Below are positions 21,215-31,346 of a DNA stretch of 64,000 nucleotides, one piece after another. Position 1 is the first letter of the stretch; each line of letters starts with the position of its first letter. Location of the stretch: positions 3,108 to 67,107 of the forward strand of contig CAIPTA010000179.1 in the NCBI GenBank assembly GCA_903867855.1, given 5' to 3'. The DNA is from Oligoflexia bacterium (GTDB lineage Bacteria > Bdellovibrionota > UBA1018 > CAIPTA01). The notes beneath the pieces were generated by a model. That model was not told where the DNA came from and searched no databases. It saw only the letters and a list, made by a program, of their open reading frames with translations. Position numbers and translations under genes: made by a program.

Positions 21215-22447
21215 ATGAGAACAGATGCAAAATTTTTAAAAGTGATTCTTGCTATTTGCGTGGTGGGAATTTTAGTTTCGGGCTGGTTACTCTCGGTGCA
21301 CATTCGCTTCACTAGCGGGCAAGCCACCCTCACAGAAACCTGCTCTGCCCTGCCTGGTGCCGCCGGACACGGCTGCGCGACTGTTGCCGTATCTGCCTAC
21401 TCCGATATCTTAGGGGTGCCGCTTGCGGGTGTGGCCCTCGGATTCTACTTTGCCATATTCTTTCTCACGCTTTGGGCCATGAGAAATCCCCAAACGAGCT
21501 ATGAAATTGTGCATGTGGCTTTTTTTCTTTCCACCCTCTCTATTCTCCTCACGGTGCGGATGGCCTACCTCTCCCATTTCGTGGTGAAAAGTTTTTGTAT
21601 CGGCTGCGCCACACTTTGGCTCGTGAACCTCGCGCTATGGCCAGCCTTTGTGCAACACATGAAGCTCAGCTGGGGAAATGCCCTGGCCGCGAACTTAGAA
21701 CTATTTCGCCCCGGGAAATATAATTTGCTACGCAACCGAATCTACTCTGCCCTTGGCGTGAGCGCCTTCTTCGTGTTGATTCTGGCTACCATCGGCACTG
21801 TGGCAGAAAATATGCAAAAGGATGAGGCTCTCTTTGGCGGAGAAGATCGCGCCATCCAGAGCTACCAAGAGGCAAAGATTGTATTCCTTCCTCCAGAGAG
21901 CGTGGGCGGCCCGCAAAGCCAAGGTGTGCAAGACGCTACACCTGTTCTCGATATCGTAGAGTTTAGTGATTTACAGTGCCCAGCCTGCCGCATGGCTGCG
22001 CGCTTCCTGAAACCATTCTTGCTAAAATATCCAAGTAAAGTGCGCTTCACCTATCGCCACTATCCCCTCGATCCAAGCTGCAACTCCTATGTGCCAAATG
22101 GCATGCATATTTTTGGATGTGCTGCAGCCAAGGCAGGGATTTGCGCGGCTAAACAAAATAAGTTTTTTGAATTTCATGATTATGTTTTTGATAACCAAGA
22201 AAGCCTCTCGAATGGGCTTCTTGAGGAGGCCGCAAAAGCTGTGGAGCTGGATATGACGGCGTTTCAAGCTTGTCTCCAGGATAAAAATATCGATCTTGAT
22301 CTGCAAAAACAAATCGAGATGGGCGAGCGAACTGGTGGCATTGAATCCACCCCAACCCTAATCATTAACGGACACAAAATGATGGGGGCGCTCACTCCCG
22401 TGCAACTAGAAGCCATTTATCAGGCGGCCTTGCATGCTCATCGATAG
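21215..22447 (+). CDS. Vitamin K epoxide reductase (VKOR) fused to DsbA-like thioredoxin domain
   Basis: The N-terminus has 4-5 TM helices with a loop Cys pair and an in-membrane CIGC. The C-terminus has a thioredoxin CPAC (FSDLQCPACR). Confidence 0.75.
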   Translation: MRTDAKFLKVILAICVVGILVSGWLLSVHIRFTSGQATLTETCSALPGAAGHGCATVAVSAYSDILGVPLAGVALGFYFAIFFLTLWAMRNPQTSYEIVHVAFFLSTLSILLTVRMAYLSHFVVKSFCIGCATLWLVNLALWPAFVQHMKLSWGNALAANLELFRPGKYNLLRNRIYSALGVSAFFVLILATIGTVAENMQKDEALFGGEDRAIQSYQEAKIVFLPPESVGGPQSQGVQDATPVLDIVEFSDLQCPACRMAARFLKPFLLKYPSKVRFTYRHYPLDPSCNSYVPNGMHIFGCAAAKAGICAAKQNKFFEFHDYVFDNQESLSNGLLEEAAKAVELDMTAFQACLQDKNIDLDLQKQIEMGERTGGIESTPTLIINGHKMMGALTPVQLEAIYQAALHAHR

Positions 22448-23219
22448 TCATGCCCATATCGACTATGAATACGAAGTTTCTACCGAAGCATTAATCGAAG
22501 AAGCTCGGCTCGCGGGCGTTACCCAAATTATCGCTATTGCCGCCGCTCTAGAAAGTTTAGACAAGGTGGCTGCCTTAGCGGATCGTTTTCCCAATGTCTA
22601 CTTTACCACTGGCGTGCACCCGCACGATGTAAAAGATTTCAACCCGGAAGTACTTGCCAAGATGAGGAAATTTATCGCGCATCCAAAGTGCGTGGCTATC
22701 GGCGAGCTGGGCTTAGATTTTTTCTACGAACACAGCGATCGCGCCATTCAATTCGAGGCTCTAAAAATTCAGCTCGATTTTTCCATAGAAGCTGGCAAGC
22801 CAATCGTGGTGCATACCCGTGATGCGGATGAGGAGACGATGCGCTTTCTCGATGAACACGCAAATGGCTGGCATAAAGCCCATCCTGGTAAAATTCCTGG
22901 AGTGATCCATTGCTTTAGTGGCACGGCAAAGTTAGCAGAATTTTGTCTGGCGCTTGGCTATACCATTTCCTTTTCCGGCATCATCACTTTTAAAAATGCG
23001 GAAGCCTTGCGTGCGGTAGCTCGCGATATCGTGCCCCTCGATCGCCTGATGGTAGAAACAGATTCGCCCTACCTCGCGCCGATACCTCATCGCGGGAAGA
23101 AGAATCACCCGGCGCATACTAGAATCGTGGCAGAAAAACTGGCGGAATTAAAATCGATCTCATTAGAAAAATTAGCCGAGCACACTACCGGAAATACGAA
23201 ACGTCTTTTCGGTTTCTAG
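22434..23219 (+). CDS. tatD: TatD-family metal-dependent hydrolase/DNase
   Basis: MLIDSHAHI and VETDSPYLAP motifs. Confidence 0.85.
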   Translation: MLIDSHAHIDYEYEVSTEALIEEARLAGVTQIIAIAAALESLDKVAALADRFPNVYFTTGVHPHDVKDFNPEVLAKMRKFIAHPKCVAIGELGLDFFYEHSDRAIQFEALKIQLDFSIEAGKPIVVHTRDADEETMRFLDEHANGWHKAHPGKIPGVIHCFSGTAKLAEFCLALGYTISFSGIITFKNAEALRAVARDIVPLDRLMVETDSPYLAPIPHRGKKNHPAHTRIVAEKLAELKSISLEKLAEHTTGNTKRLFGF

Positions 23220-24076
23220 AATCTCGCCTTCACACTACGCAGTAATCCACCCCAGGTGATAATCACGAGGAGGATCAAGGGCGTGGTAATAGACGGCCAA
23301 ATTAACCATATCACTTGCAGAACTGAAAGCCCGAAGAGGAGAGCCCACGCAGATCGCGCCTTCCACCATCGTTTCGCTAAATCGCCCATCCGTGCCGCTA
23401 GCAGCACATAGGCGAATAGAAAACTCGCAAGATAGACCACAATATAAATTGGAATGAGCGCGATCCCAATGATCGTGAGCGCAAGAAATAAGATGCCGGG
23501 CAGGAAGGCAAATAGGCCGATCGCAGCGCTCAGCACATTGAAGGGAAAGGAAAAAACGAGCTTTTCTGCATCGGCAAAAAACTTTGGAAATAGCAGCTGG
23601 AAGAGCAAACCAAAGCACCACAAAAACAGAGTGAATATAAATAAACCAGCCCAGCGAATGGCACCTTGAAAAAAATCTCCCGCCACACCAAGGAGAGTGC
23701 CAAGCAAACGGTAGATGAAACTTGGCGCACGAAACTCTACCTTATCATTGGCAATCTGCGCTCCATTATCTCGCTCAAAAGATCCACCCAACACAACTAA
23801 GGAGTTTTTCACTACCGATTCTTTCGCAAAATGCACCTGGCCTGCGAATAGAATAAATTCATCGGTATAGCCGTGAAAATCAATATTCCCACTAAAGATA
23901 ATCACCTTTTTATATTTTTCACCTGGCGCGATATAAGAGGAAGAGCCGAACACAACAAGTTCATGCCCTTCTTTTTGGAATTTAAAACCCGAGGAGATCT
24001 GATTTTGTGGAGCCGCACTAGCAAGCGTGGCCCCGCTGAAAATCATTAAGAACAAAAAAAGTTTATAGATCAGCAC
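23216..24076 (-). CDS. Hypothetical membrane protein (exported N-domain plus 4-5 C-terminal TM helices)
   Basis: Signal peptide and a hydrophobic C-terminal half. No family recognised. Confidence 0.45.
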   Translation of the reverse strand: MLIYKLFLFLMIFSGATLASAAPQNQISSGFKFQKEGHELVVFGSSSYIAPGEKYKKVIIFSGNIDFHGYTDEFILFAGQVHFAKESVVKNSLVVLGGSFERDNGAQIANDKVEFRAPSFIYRLLGTLLGVAGDFFQGAIRWAGLFIFTLFLWCFGLLFQLLFPKFFADAEKLVFSFPFNVLSAAIGLFAFLPGILFLALTIIGIALIPIYIVVYLASFLFAYVLLAARMGDLAKRWWKARSAWALLFGLSVLQVIWLIWPSITTPLILLVIITWGGLLRSVKARF

Positions 24077-25271
24077 CCGGATATTCCGCTCCTGCCATGA
24101 GGGTAGCCATATCTTTCCAGCTATAATGATCGTCTAGAGGATCGGAAGGATAGGTGGTGCTCGTACCAGTGGTCTCCGCTGAACCACCTTCTGTGATCGA
24201 TGCCGTATTCCATTTGCGAATAAAGAGGCGAATACGCGATTGAATTTCCTGTGCGGTATCGTAGCAAGTCCACGTATAGGTATCCTGAGGAGTATAGTTA
24301 TTAAAGGTGGTTAATCCGGCAGGCTTTTTGAGTGAAGTGGCCGAATCCACCGCGGTGAAGTTCGCAGGATCATAGTAGTTCGCAGCCCAAACATCGCTGG
24401 TGAGAGCTGTGCCGTTAATCGACTGTTGATTTGCTTTCGGAATCGTATAGTTCACATTGAGACCACTTGTAGCAACGTAAGTTAACATTTCCTCGGGAAC
24501 GGCTTCATCCGCTGTCAAAGTTTGCGCCGCCGCCCCTGTGACTGCGGGACCTGTAAGGCAATTTCCTGTCTTACCGCCCCAAGACGCAGTGGTAGTTGTG
24601 GTTACGAAAGAACTGGTCGAGGTAGCTTGCGTGCTCACAGTGAAGGCGTAGGTGCCGATGCAACAATTGCCGTTAAATACGTTGGTGCCGCCGTGGTAGT
24701 AAGTATCGCCATAGTTATAGGTACAGTGGGGCACGCCCGAGGAGTCTACGCCCGTACCAGGATAGATGGTGCCCGTATAATCCTTGCTATACGACATCGT
24801 GGTAGGGCCAACGCCAGGTTGATAGTCGAAGAAATCATAGCCAGCCTGGCCCACATAGGTGCACATCCCAGCGGGCACGTTTACCTGGAGAGTAAGATCG
24901 TTAAAGTAGAGATCCAATTCTTCTACCTCTAGCATACAAAGAGTATCGGCCGAGGCGCCGCTAGTGCCATAGGGTATTTGGCAAGCTGTGCTGAAACCTG
25001 TGGTGGGCTGCGTGCTTCCATAAGCAGTGGAAGTTTTATGCAAGTAAGTGGTCATATTGGTATTCGTTACTTGAATGGTAAATCCAGCCGCAGTAGAGGC
25101 GGTGGTACCAACGGGGGGCAAAGTAGAAGCATTCACCGTGGGCACATTGGCTGTTTCGTCTATTTTCTGGGAGCTACTTAAACCAGCCACTCCGCAAGAA
25201 ACGAGCAACGGCAAAAAAGCAAAAGGAAGAACGCGAGTGGAACGTTGAAAAAACGTAGAGAATCCATCCAT
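24063..25271 (-). CDS. Hypothetical lipoprotein, Thr/Gly-rich
   Basis: Lipobox LLVSCG after an N-terminal signal. No family recognised. Confidence 0.45.
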   Translation of the reverse strand: MDGFSTFFQRSTRVLPFAFLPLLVSCGVAGLSSSQKIDETANVPTVNASTLPPVGTTASTAAGFTIQVTNTNMTTYLHKTSTAYGSTQPTTGFSTACQIPYGTSGASADTLCMLEVEELDLYFNDLTLQVNVPAGMCTYVGQAGYDFFDYQPGVGPTTMSYSKDYTGTIYPGTGVDSSGVPHCTYNYGDTYYHGGTNVFNGNCCIGTYAFTVSTQATSTSSFVTTTTTASWGGKTGNCLTGPAVTGAAAQTLTADEAVPEEMLTYVATSGLNVNYTIPKANQQSINGTALTSDVWAANYYDPANFTAVDSATSLKKPAGLTTFNNYTPQDTYTWTCYDTAQEIQSRIRLFIRKWNTASITEGGSAETTGTSTTYPSDPLDDHYSWKDMATLMAGAEYPGADL

Positions 25272-25401
25272 GGTAGTAAGCCCTCGAAAGAGGCCGTCGT
25301 GCCTCTCTATATAATGATGGTATCATGGGTGAAAATCTTGTCAAAACGCAATGATAGCTTTTCTTACACGCTAGCCTGAATGCGAAATTCATTTTCATTT
25401 C

Positions 25402-26601
25402 ATGGATTTACGAAAAACCAGAGGAATGCAGTATGATCAAACCATGAAGAAATCCCCCTTGCTGAGCATTTTCCTCGTCGTTTTTCTGGATCTCGTGGGA
25501 TTCGGAATCGTGATCCCGATTTTGCCTTATTACTCCAAAGCCTTCGGTGCGAGCGCATTTACGCTAGGCTGGCTAATGGCAAGCTACTCTATTACACAAT
25601 TTTTATTTGCACCATTTTGGGGATCCCTCTCCGATCGCTACGGGCGTCGCCCCATACTCTTAGCTACCATCGCTGGCGGTTCGCTCGCCATGCTTCTCAC
25701 AGGTATGGCGAATAGCCTCGCGCTGCTTTTTTTGGGTCGCCTCGTCGCAGGTGCCTTCGGGGCAAATATTTCCACGGCCAGTGCCTATATTGCCGACGTA
25801 ACCAAACCAGAAGATCGCGCCAAAGGTATGGGGATTATCGGAGCGAGCTTTGGTCTCGGTTTTATTTTTGGACCCGCCATCGGCGGCATTCTCTCTCCTA
25901 ACGGTTATAATGTGCCCATCTTGCTGGCGGCTGGCCTCGGTGCACTAAACTTTCTGATCACCTATATTCAACTCGAAGAACCAAAGATAGCCCGGGAAAC
26001 TCGCACAGAAAATCGTCGACACCTTTCCTGGAGCCTCGTGAAAGAATGTTTTTCTCTGCCCGGCACTGGCACTCCAATTGCTCTCTTCTTCTTCGGCACC
26101 ACAGCCTTTACTCAACTCGAAGTAGCCTTCGGACTTTTCGTGCTCTCCCGCTATGGCTATGATGCTCGCCACGCTGGCTTTCTCCTCGCTGGGATGGGAG
26201 TGATCGGAGTTTTCATTCAGGGCGGCGCTATCGGAAAACTTGCGAAACGATTTGGCGAAATGAACTTGCTTCGCATTGGCTATTTTTCTCTAGGGCTGGC
26301 GATGTTAGTGGCCGGATTCACTTTAAATCCAAAGCTCTTCATCGTGAGCTTGGCTTTTATTGCGCTTGGGAATTCCCTCGTAAATCCCTCTCTCTCCAGC
26401 TTGCTTTCCAAGGCTGCGCCTGAAAATCGGAAAGGGGCATTCCTCGGCGTTTACCAGAGCGCGGGATCTCTAGCGCGGATTGTTGGTCCGCCGATCTCAG
26501 GATTTTTCTTCGATCACCTTGGTCCACCGAGCCCAATTTTTTGCGCTAGTTTTTTTATGATCGTGATCGCCATCTATAGCGCCTTGAGAAAGGCCTTATG
26601 A
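25402..26601 (+). CDS. MFS transporter (drug:H+ antiporter-like)
   Basis: 12 TM helices with the MFS loop motif GSLSDRYGRRP. The exact start is uncertain among three in-frame Met codons. Confidence 0.85.
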   Translation: MDLRKTRGMQYDQTMKKSPLLSIFLVVFLDLVGFGIVIPILPYYSKAFGASAFTLGWLMASYSITQFLFAPFWGSLSDRYGRRPILLATIAGGSLAMLLTGMANSLALLFLGRLVAGAFGANISTASAYIADVTKPEDRAKGMGIIGASFGLGFIFGPAIGGILSPNGYNVPILLAAGLGALNFLITYIQLEEPKIARETRTENRRHLSWSLVKECFSLPGTGTPIALFFFGTTAFTQLEVAFGLFVLSRYGYDARHAGFLLAGMGVIGVFIQGGAIGKLAKRFGEMNLLRIGYFSLGLAMLVAGFTLNPKLFIVSLAFIALGNSLVNPSLSSLLSKAAPENRKGAFLGVYQSAGSLARIVGPPISGFFFDHLGPPSPIFCASFFMIVIAIYSALRKAL

Positions 26602-27611
26602 GTTTTCCAGAATTAGTTTTTTTAGAAAATTTAATTGGCGATATCAAAGATAAAGCTCGCATCGAAGAAGTGGCCCGTATTCCCTATATGCAGGAACGCT
26701 TTCCAATATATACACTTGCCTTTGGCAGCAAGGATCCCCGTGCGCCCACGCTGGCACTCGTTGGCGGTGTGCACGGCCAAGAAAAAATTGGTTCTCAGGT
26801 GGTACTAACCTTCCTAGAAACCATGACTCGCCTCCTCGACTGGGATGATAGTATTCATCAGCTTCTCGAGCATATGCGCATTGTTTTTTTGCCAATCGCA
26901 AACCCTGTGGGAATGTTTTTATTGCGCCGAGGAAATGGCAATCGCGTGGATCTCATGCGCAATGGTCCCTTTGACGGCCCCTCCCCCACCACATTTTTTC
27001 TGGGCGGCCAGCGGGTTTCAAAGTACTTGCCATGGTATCGCGGCGTGAAGGGCGCGCCCATGGAACTGGAATCTCAAGTGCTCTGCGATTTTATTCAGCG
27101 AGAGGTTTTTCCTGCAAAAGTCTCCATCGCTCTCGATGTGCACTCGGGGTTTGGCGCCATTGATCGGCTTTGGTTTCCCTATTCTCACACGATTCAGCCT
27201 TATCCCCAATTGGCAGAAGCCTATGCGCTCAAAACATTATTGGATGAAACCTATCCAAATCATGTGTATCGCATGGAGCCCACTGCGCAAGGCTATACGA
27301 TCAGTGGCGATCTTTGGGATTATCTCTACTTGGAACACCAGAAAAAAGAGTTGGGCTTTTTCTTTCCCATGACTTTAGAGATGGGCTCCTGGCTATGGCT
27401 TAAGAAAAATCCTGCGCAGATTTTTTCATCGCTCGGACTTTTCCACCCCATGCACTTGCATCGGCACAAACGAATTTTGCGTCGGCACTTAACTCTGTTT
27501 GATTTTCTCCAGCGCGCCACGGTGAGCTCCAAAGTGTGGACCCAATTAAATCCTGAAGATCGCGCTGAAAACCAGAAGCGTGCCTTGGATTATTGGTACT
27601 ACGAGACATGA
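26598..27611 (+). CDS. M14-family zinc carboxypeptidase-like protein (DUF2817-like)
   Basis: LVGGVHGQEKIG and LDVHSGFG resemble the HxxE...H zinc site of the M14 family. Confidence 0.55.
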   Translation: MSFPELVFLENLIGDIKDKARIEEVARIPYMQERFPIYTLAFGSKDPRAPTLALVGGVHGQEKIGSQVVLTFLETMTRLLDWDDSIHQLLEHMRIVFLPIANPVGMFLLRRGNGNRVDLMRNGPFDGPSPTTFFLGGQRVSKYLPWYRGVKGAPMELESQVLCDFIQREVFPAKVSIALDVHSGFGAIDRLWFPYSHTIQPYPQLAEAYALKTLLDETYPNHVYRMEPTAQGYTISGDLWDYLYLEHQKKELGFFFPMTLEMGSWLWLKKNPAQIFSSLGLFHPMHLHRHKRILRRHLTLFDFLQRATVSSKVWTQLNPEDRAENQKRALDYWYYET

Positions 27612-28360
27612 GTGAGAATTGGTTTTTTCTCCGCGGACTCGTGCGCGAATCGGGGCATTGGAATGAATTTCCCAAGCTCTTTCAGGAAAAATTTCCCGAT
27701 CGAAAGGTGATCCTCCTCGATCTTCCCGGTAATGGTGCCTATTATCAAAAGCAAAGCCCATCCACTGTTAGCGAACTCGCAGATCATGTTCGCCAAGATT
27801 TTCTTCGCACACCACGAGCAGATAAGAATTTCATTTTCGCCATCTCATTAGGCGCAATGGTGGCCATGGAATGGTTGCAAAGCCACCCCGACGACGTGAA
27901 TGCTGCGGTATTAATTAACTCTTCCCTTCGCGGTTTGAGTCCTTTCTACGATCGCCTGCGTCCGCAGAATTATCTCACGATACTAAAGCTTCTTTTTAGC
28001 AATGATCTTCACCATCGAGAAAAAGAGATTTTGCGAATTACTTCGAATAGACCGAAAGTCCACGAAGCAATCTCCCTAGCCTGGACAAAGCTTCAGCAAC
28101 AACACCCTGTTTCGAAGCGCAATGCTATCCAACAAATTTTTGCCGCCATGAAATACAAACCAAAGCCATTGAAGCCGAATATTCCTCTCCTTATTCTTAA
28201 TGGACTCGGTGATCGCCTGGTGCATCCCCGCTGTTCTGAAAAACTTGCGAGCTTTTGGTCTGCACCAATAATGAAGCATCCAAGTGCCGGACACGATCTG
28301 TGTTTGGATGAACCGGAATGGGTATTAGAACAACTTGAGTTGTGGACGAAAAATCTCTAG
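27608..28360 (+). CDS. Alpha/beta hydrolase
   Basis: Nucleophile elbow AISLG, with a late Asp/His. The start was set at ATG 27608, which makes an ATGA overlap with the upstream stop. Confidence 0.7.
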   Translation: MSENWFFLRGLVRESGHWNEFPKLFQEKFPDRKVILLDLPGNGAYYQKQSPSTVSELADHVRQDFLRTPRADKNFIFAISLGAMVAMEWLQSHPDDVNAAVLINSSLRGLSPFYDRLRPQNYLTILKLLFSNDLHHREKEILRITSNRPKVHEAISLAWTKLQQQHPVSKRNAIQQIFAAMKYKPKPLKPNIPLLILNGLGDRLVHPRCSEKLASFWSAPIMKHPSAGHDLCLDEPEWVLEQLELWTKNL

Positions 28361-28830
28361 TAGAAAATTTTTACAGCCAATACGCCATCTTGGGTTTTAA
28401 ATTTTTCTTTATTAAGCCGAAACTCCAAAGGAAGAATTTTTTCTTCTCCCGGAGCTAAGCTAAGCGTGAGCGGCCAAACAGATTGCCATTCCACGGTAGA
28501 CGCCAAATCACTCGGCTCCACCTCAACGTGGAAAAGAACAGCCTTCGGTTCTGATGCCAAATTCTTCGCTATTAGTTTTTCCGTGATCTTGCCACCAAAC
28601 GCGGCCCGCACCGCCTGATGTTCTGAATGCGCATCTACTCCAAGTGCGGCTGAAGAGGTGGGACGCACCACGAACTGCACCAAAGCTTCATGAGCCACAC
28701 TCTCGCTCAAGCCCTCACCAGGAGAGAAGCGCTGGTGGCTGATAAAGCTAATCGTGAAAAAGAGAAAAAGAAATGTGCCGAAGAGTATCAGGATCAGGCG
28801 CAGAGTTTGTTTATCTTGCAAGAAACGCAC
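28357..28830 (-). CDS. Hypothetical single-TM protein at the distal end of the cta cluster
   Basis: One N-terminal TM helix. Overlaps the ctaB end by 20 nt. No family recognised. Confidence 0.4.
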   Translation of the reverse strand: MRFLQDKQTLRLILILFGTFLFLFFTISFISHQRFSPGEGLSESVAHEALVQFVVRPTSSAALGVDAHSEHQAVRAAFGGKITEKLIAKNLASEPKAVLFHVEVEPSDLASTVEWQSVWPLTLSLAPGEEKILPLEFRLNKEKFKTQDGVLAVKIFY

Positions 28831-29692
28831 GGGAACCTACATCGGCTAGGAAGGCGAGGAAAAGTAAAAATAAATAGATAATTGAAACCCAAAAAAGCTT
28901 TTTTGACGCCTCACGAGTTTTTTCCCGCAAGTAGATCACCGTTTTCCAAAGGTAGAAGCAACCGAGCGCCACAGCCGCACCGAGATAGATCGCGCCAGCT
29001 GCTTTCAGAAAATATGGCAATAGACTGAAGGGCACGAGTACAATCGTATAAAGAAAAATCTCCAGGCGAGTGCGCTTCTCCCCGTGAGTAACAGGAAGCA
29101 TAGGTACTTTGGCTTTCGCATATTCATCTTGAATTGCAATGGCGAGGGCCCAGAAATGCGGTGGAGTCCAGAGGAATACAACACCGAACAGCACCCAAGA
29201 AAGCGGAGAAAGATGGCCTGTGGCAGCTGCAGCACCAATCAGTGGTGCAGTAGATCCGGCGATACCGCCGATCACAATATTATAGGGCGTACGGCGCTTG
29301 AGGCAGAGAGTATAAATGCCCACATAAAAGGCGATCGTGAAGAAGCTTAAAAAAGCGGCGAGGTAATTCACTTCTACACAAAAATAGGCGATCGCAAGTA
29401 GCCCAAGAACTAAACCGAAAATAGCAGCGCGCTCAGGACTAATTTTTTCAGAAGGAATTGGGCGGCGTCGCTTTGTGCGTTCCATCACCGCATCGATATC
29501 TCGATCGAAATACATATTAAGCGCGTTCGCGGAACCAGCGGTGGCAACCATGGCGAGCATCACACAAAGCACCTTGAGCGCGCCAAGGCTGCCCTCGGCC
29601 AATAGCACCGCATATCCGGTTACTCCGAATAGAAGAACAATCGTTGGCTTTGTTAAGCTAAGATACGCTGCTGCGGCGCTGGATCTGCTCAT
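28811..29692 (-). CDS. ctaB: Protoheme IX farnesyltransferase (heme O synthase)
   Basis: UbiA-family NMYFDRDIDAVMERT motif, polytopic. Confidence 0.9.
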   Translation of the reverse strand: MSRSSAAAAYLSLTKPTIVLLFGVTGYAVLLAEGSLGALKVLCVMLAMVATAGSANALNMYFDRDIDAVMERTKRRRPIPSEKISPERAAIFGLVLGLLAIAYFCVEVNYLAAFLSFFTIAFYVGIYTLCLKRRTPYNIVIGGIAGSTAPLIGAAAATGHLSPLSWVLFGVVFLWTPPHFWALAIAIQDEYAKAKVPMLPVTHGEKRTRLEIFLYTIVLVPFSLLPYFLKAAGAIYLGAAVALGCFYLWKTVIYLREKTREASKKLFWVSIIYLFLLFLAFLADVGSRAFLAR

Positions 29693-30536
29693 GTTGCACT
29701 AGCAATAGCGCAAAAATTAGAATTGCGGTAGCTAAATGCGCCACGCTATACACCTTCACCGCGGTGAAAATGAGAGCCAATCCGAGGCCCCATTGGAAGG
29801 CCAAAAGAGCGAGCACGGCGAGTGCCGCCCAGCGTGATTCGCGAGGATTTTCTTGGATAAATCGGATACTGAAGAACAGCACAAGTAAACTCGTTATATA
29901 GGCTCCCAAGCGATGAGTATAGTGAATGCCGGCTAGGCCATGCATCGCGGGGAATAGACTGCCCTGGCAAAAGGGAAAATCTGGGCAGCCCCAACGCGCA
30001 TAGTGCGAGCTCACCACACCGCCCAGCAGGGCCTGGCAAAAAACGGCGATAAGAGCAAAACGCGCGAAAAAAAGTAGACCCGCAGATTTAGTGGCATTGG
30101 ATTTGGTGGTTGGCAGCTCCACTCGGTAGGCCTTTAAGGTAGCAAACAGCAGCACTGTGAAGAACGTGAGCGCTGTGCCTAAGTGCATGGCCACTACTTC
30201 ACCCTTTAATAGGTCCAGCACAGTGAGTCCGCCGAGTACAATTTGCATCACGAGTAAAACCCAAGCAGCGATGAGGAGGCGTCCGAAGGCCTCGCGGTTT
30301 TTCTTATCTCGCACAATTTGCACAGTAATCATGATGAGCGTGAGGCTCACAAGCGAAACAGCCAGACGATGAAAATACTCCAGCATGATCTGGTAATCGA
30401 GCGGCGGAATTAATTTGCCGTGGCAGAGTGGCCAATCCGGACAAGAGAGCCCAGCATCGGCATTTCGCACCCAACCGCCCAACACCATCGTGAAGTAGGT
30501 GAAGACCGAGAGGGCCGTGAAATAACGCCGAAGCAT
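29658..30536 (-). CDS. ctaA: Heme A synthase (COX15/CtaA)
   Basis: 8 TM helices, conserved His (FHRL, YTHRLG) and CPDWPLC / CPDFPFC pairs. Confidence 0.8.
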   Translation of the reverse strand: MLRRYFTALSVFTYFTMVLGGWVRNADAGLSCPDWPLCHGKLIPPLDYQIMLEYFHRLAVSLVSLTLIMITVQIVRDKKNREAFGRLLIAAWVLLVMQIVLGGLTVLDLLKGEVVAMHLGTALTFFTVLLFATLKAYRVELPTTKSNATKSAGLLFFARFALIAVFCQALLGGVVSSHYARWGCPDFPFCQGSLFPAMHGLAGIHYTHRLGAYITSLLVLFFSIRFIQENPRESRWAALAVLALLAFQWGLGLALIFTAVKVYSVAHLATAILIFALLLVQHEQIQRRSSVS

Positions 30537-30547
30537 GAAACCTACCT

Positions 30548-31336
30548 CTAGTGAGCCATCATTCTGCTGATAGCGAAATCAACTGGCATGGTGGCCTTCG
30601 CAGCCACGGAGCCAGCACCGATACCATCTTCTTTGAGAGCTGCTTCATATTTAGAGTCCGCAGCGCTCGCCGTTTGGATTTCAGGAGTCCAGGTGTGCAA
30701 GAAGTGAATCAAGGCGAAGCGATCCGCTGGTGGTAAAGATTTGTAGGAGGCCATTCCGCCACCCGCAATTCCGTAGGCCAGGGTTACGAACATGGAATGA
30801 GTAGACGTGCCATTCTTCCAAGCAGAGATAGGGCCGTGGAAGTTTCTTGGCTTTGGATTAAGAGCAGCACCGGAAGCACCATTTCCTTCACCATTGGCTC
30901 CATGGCAAGGAGTGCAGTTGACCGAGAAAACTTCTTTGCCGTGCGCGATCAGCTCAGGCGTAGAAATTTCTAGCTTCTTAATATCGTCCATAGTGAGAGT
31001 TGCGGCGACTTCTGCCACTTTTACTGGCTGAATATCGGGGCGAGTCCACAAGTCGCTCGCGCTGAGGCCCAAGAACAAAGCAACTGCCACGAAGGAGCTT
31101 AGAATAATCGTGCGGTTCAGAACTGTATCGTATTTGAGCCCCATGAAGAACATCATCACGAGCGCCGCTTTGATGGTTGCGATGCCCATCGAAACGAAGA
31201 TATTTGCTTTGCCGAAATCCACATAGGAAACAGCGACAGTGAGAATGGTTAGCACAAGAAGCGCCAATAGCACTTTCACGTAAACAGCAACTGGAGTGAC
31301 GTGGTGAGGAGAATGGTCTTTATTATTTTGTTCCAT
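30548..31336 (-). CDS. Cytochrome oxidase subunit IV-like membrane domain fused to a class I cytochrome c domain
   Basis: The N-terminus is COX4_pro-like with 3 TM helices. The C-terminus has CTPCHG heme c. The start was set at ATG 31336, with AAGGAA upstream, just after the ctaE stop. Confidence 0.7.
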   Translation of the reverse strand: MEQNNKDHSPHHVTPVAVYVKVLLALLVLTILTVAVSYVDFGKANIFVSMGIATIKAALVMMFFMGLKYDTVLNRTIILSSFVAVALFLGLSASDLWTRPDIQPVKVAEVAATLTMDDIKKLEISTPELIAHGKEVFSVNCTPCHGANGEGNGASGAALNPKPRNFHGPISAWKNGTSTHSMFVTLAYGIAGGGMASYKSLPPADRFALIHFLHTWTPEIQTASAADSKYEAALKEDGIGAGSVAAKATMPVDFAISRMMAH

Positions 31337-31346
31337 GTCGATTCCT

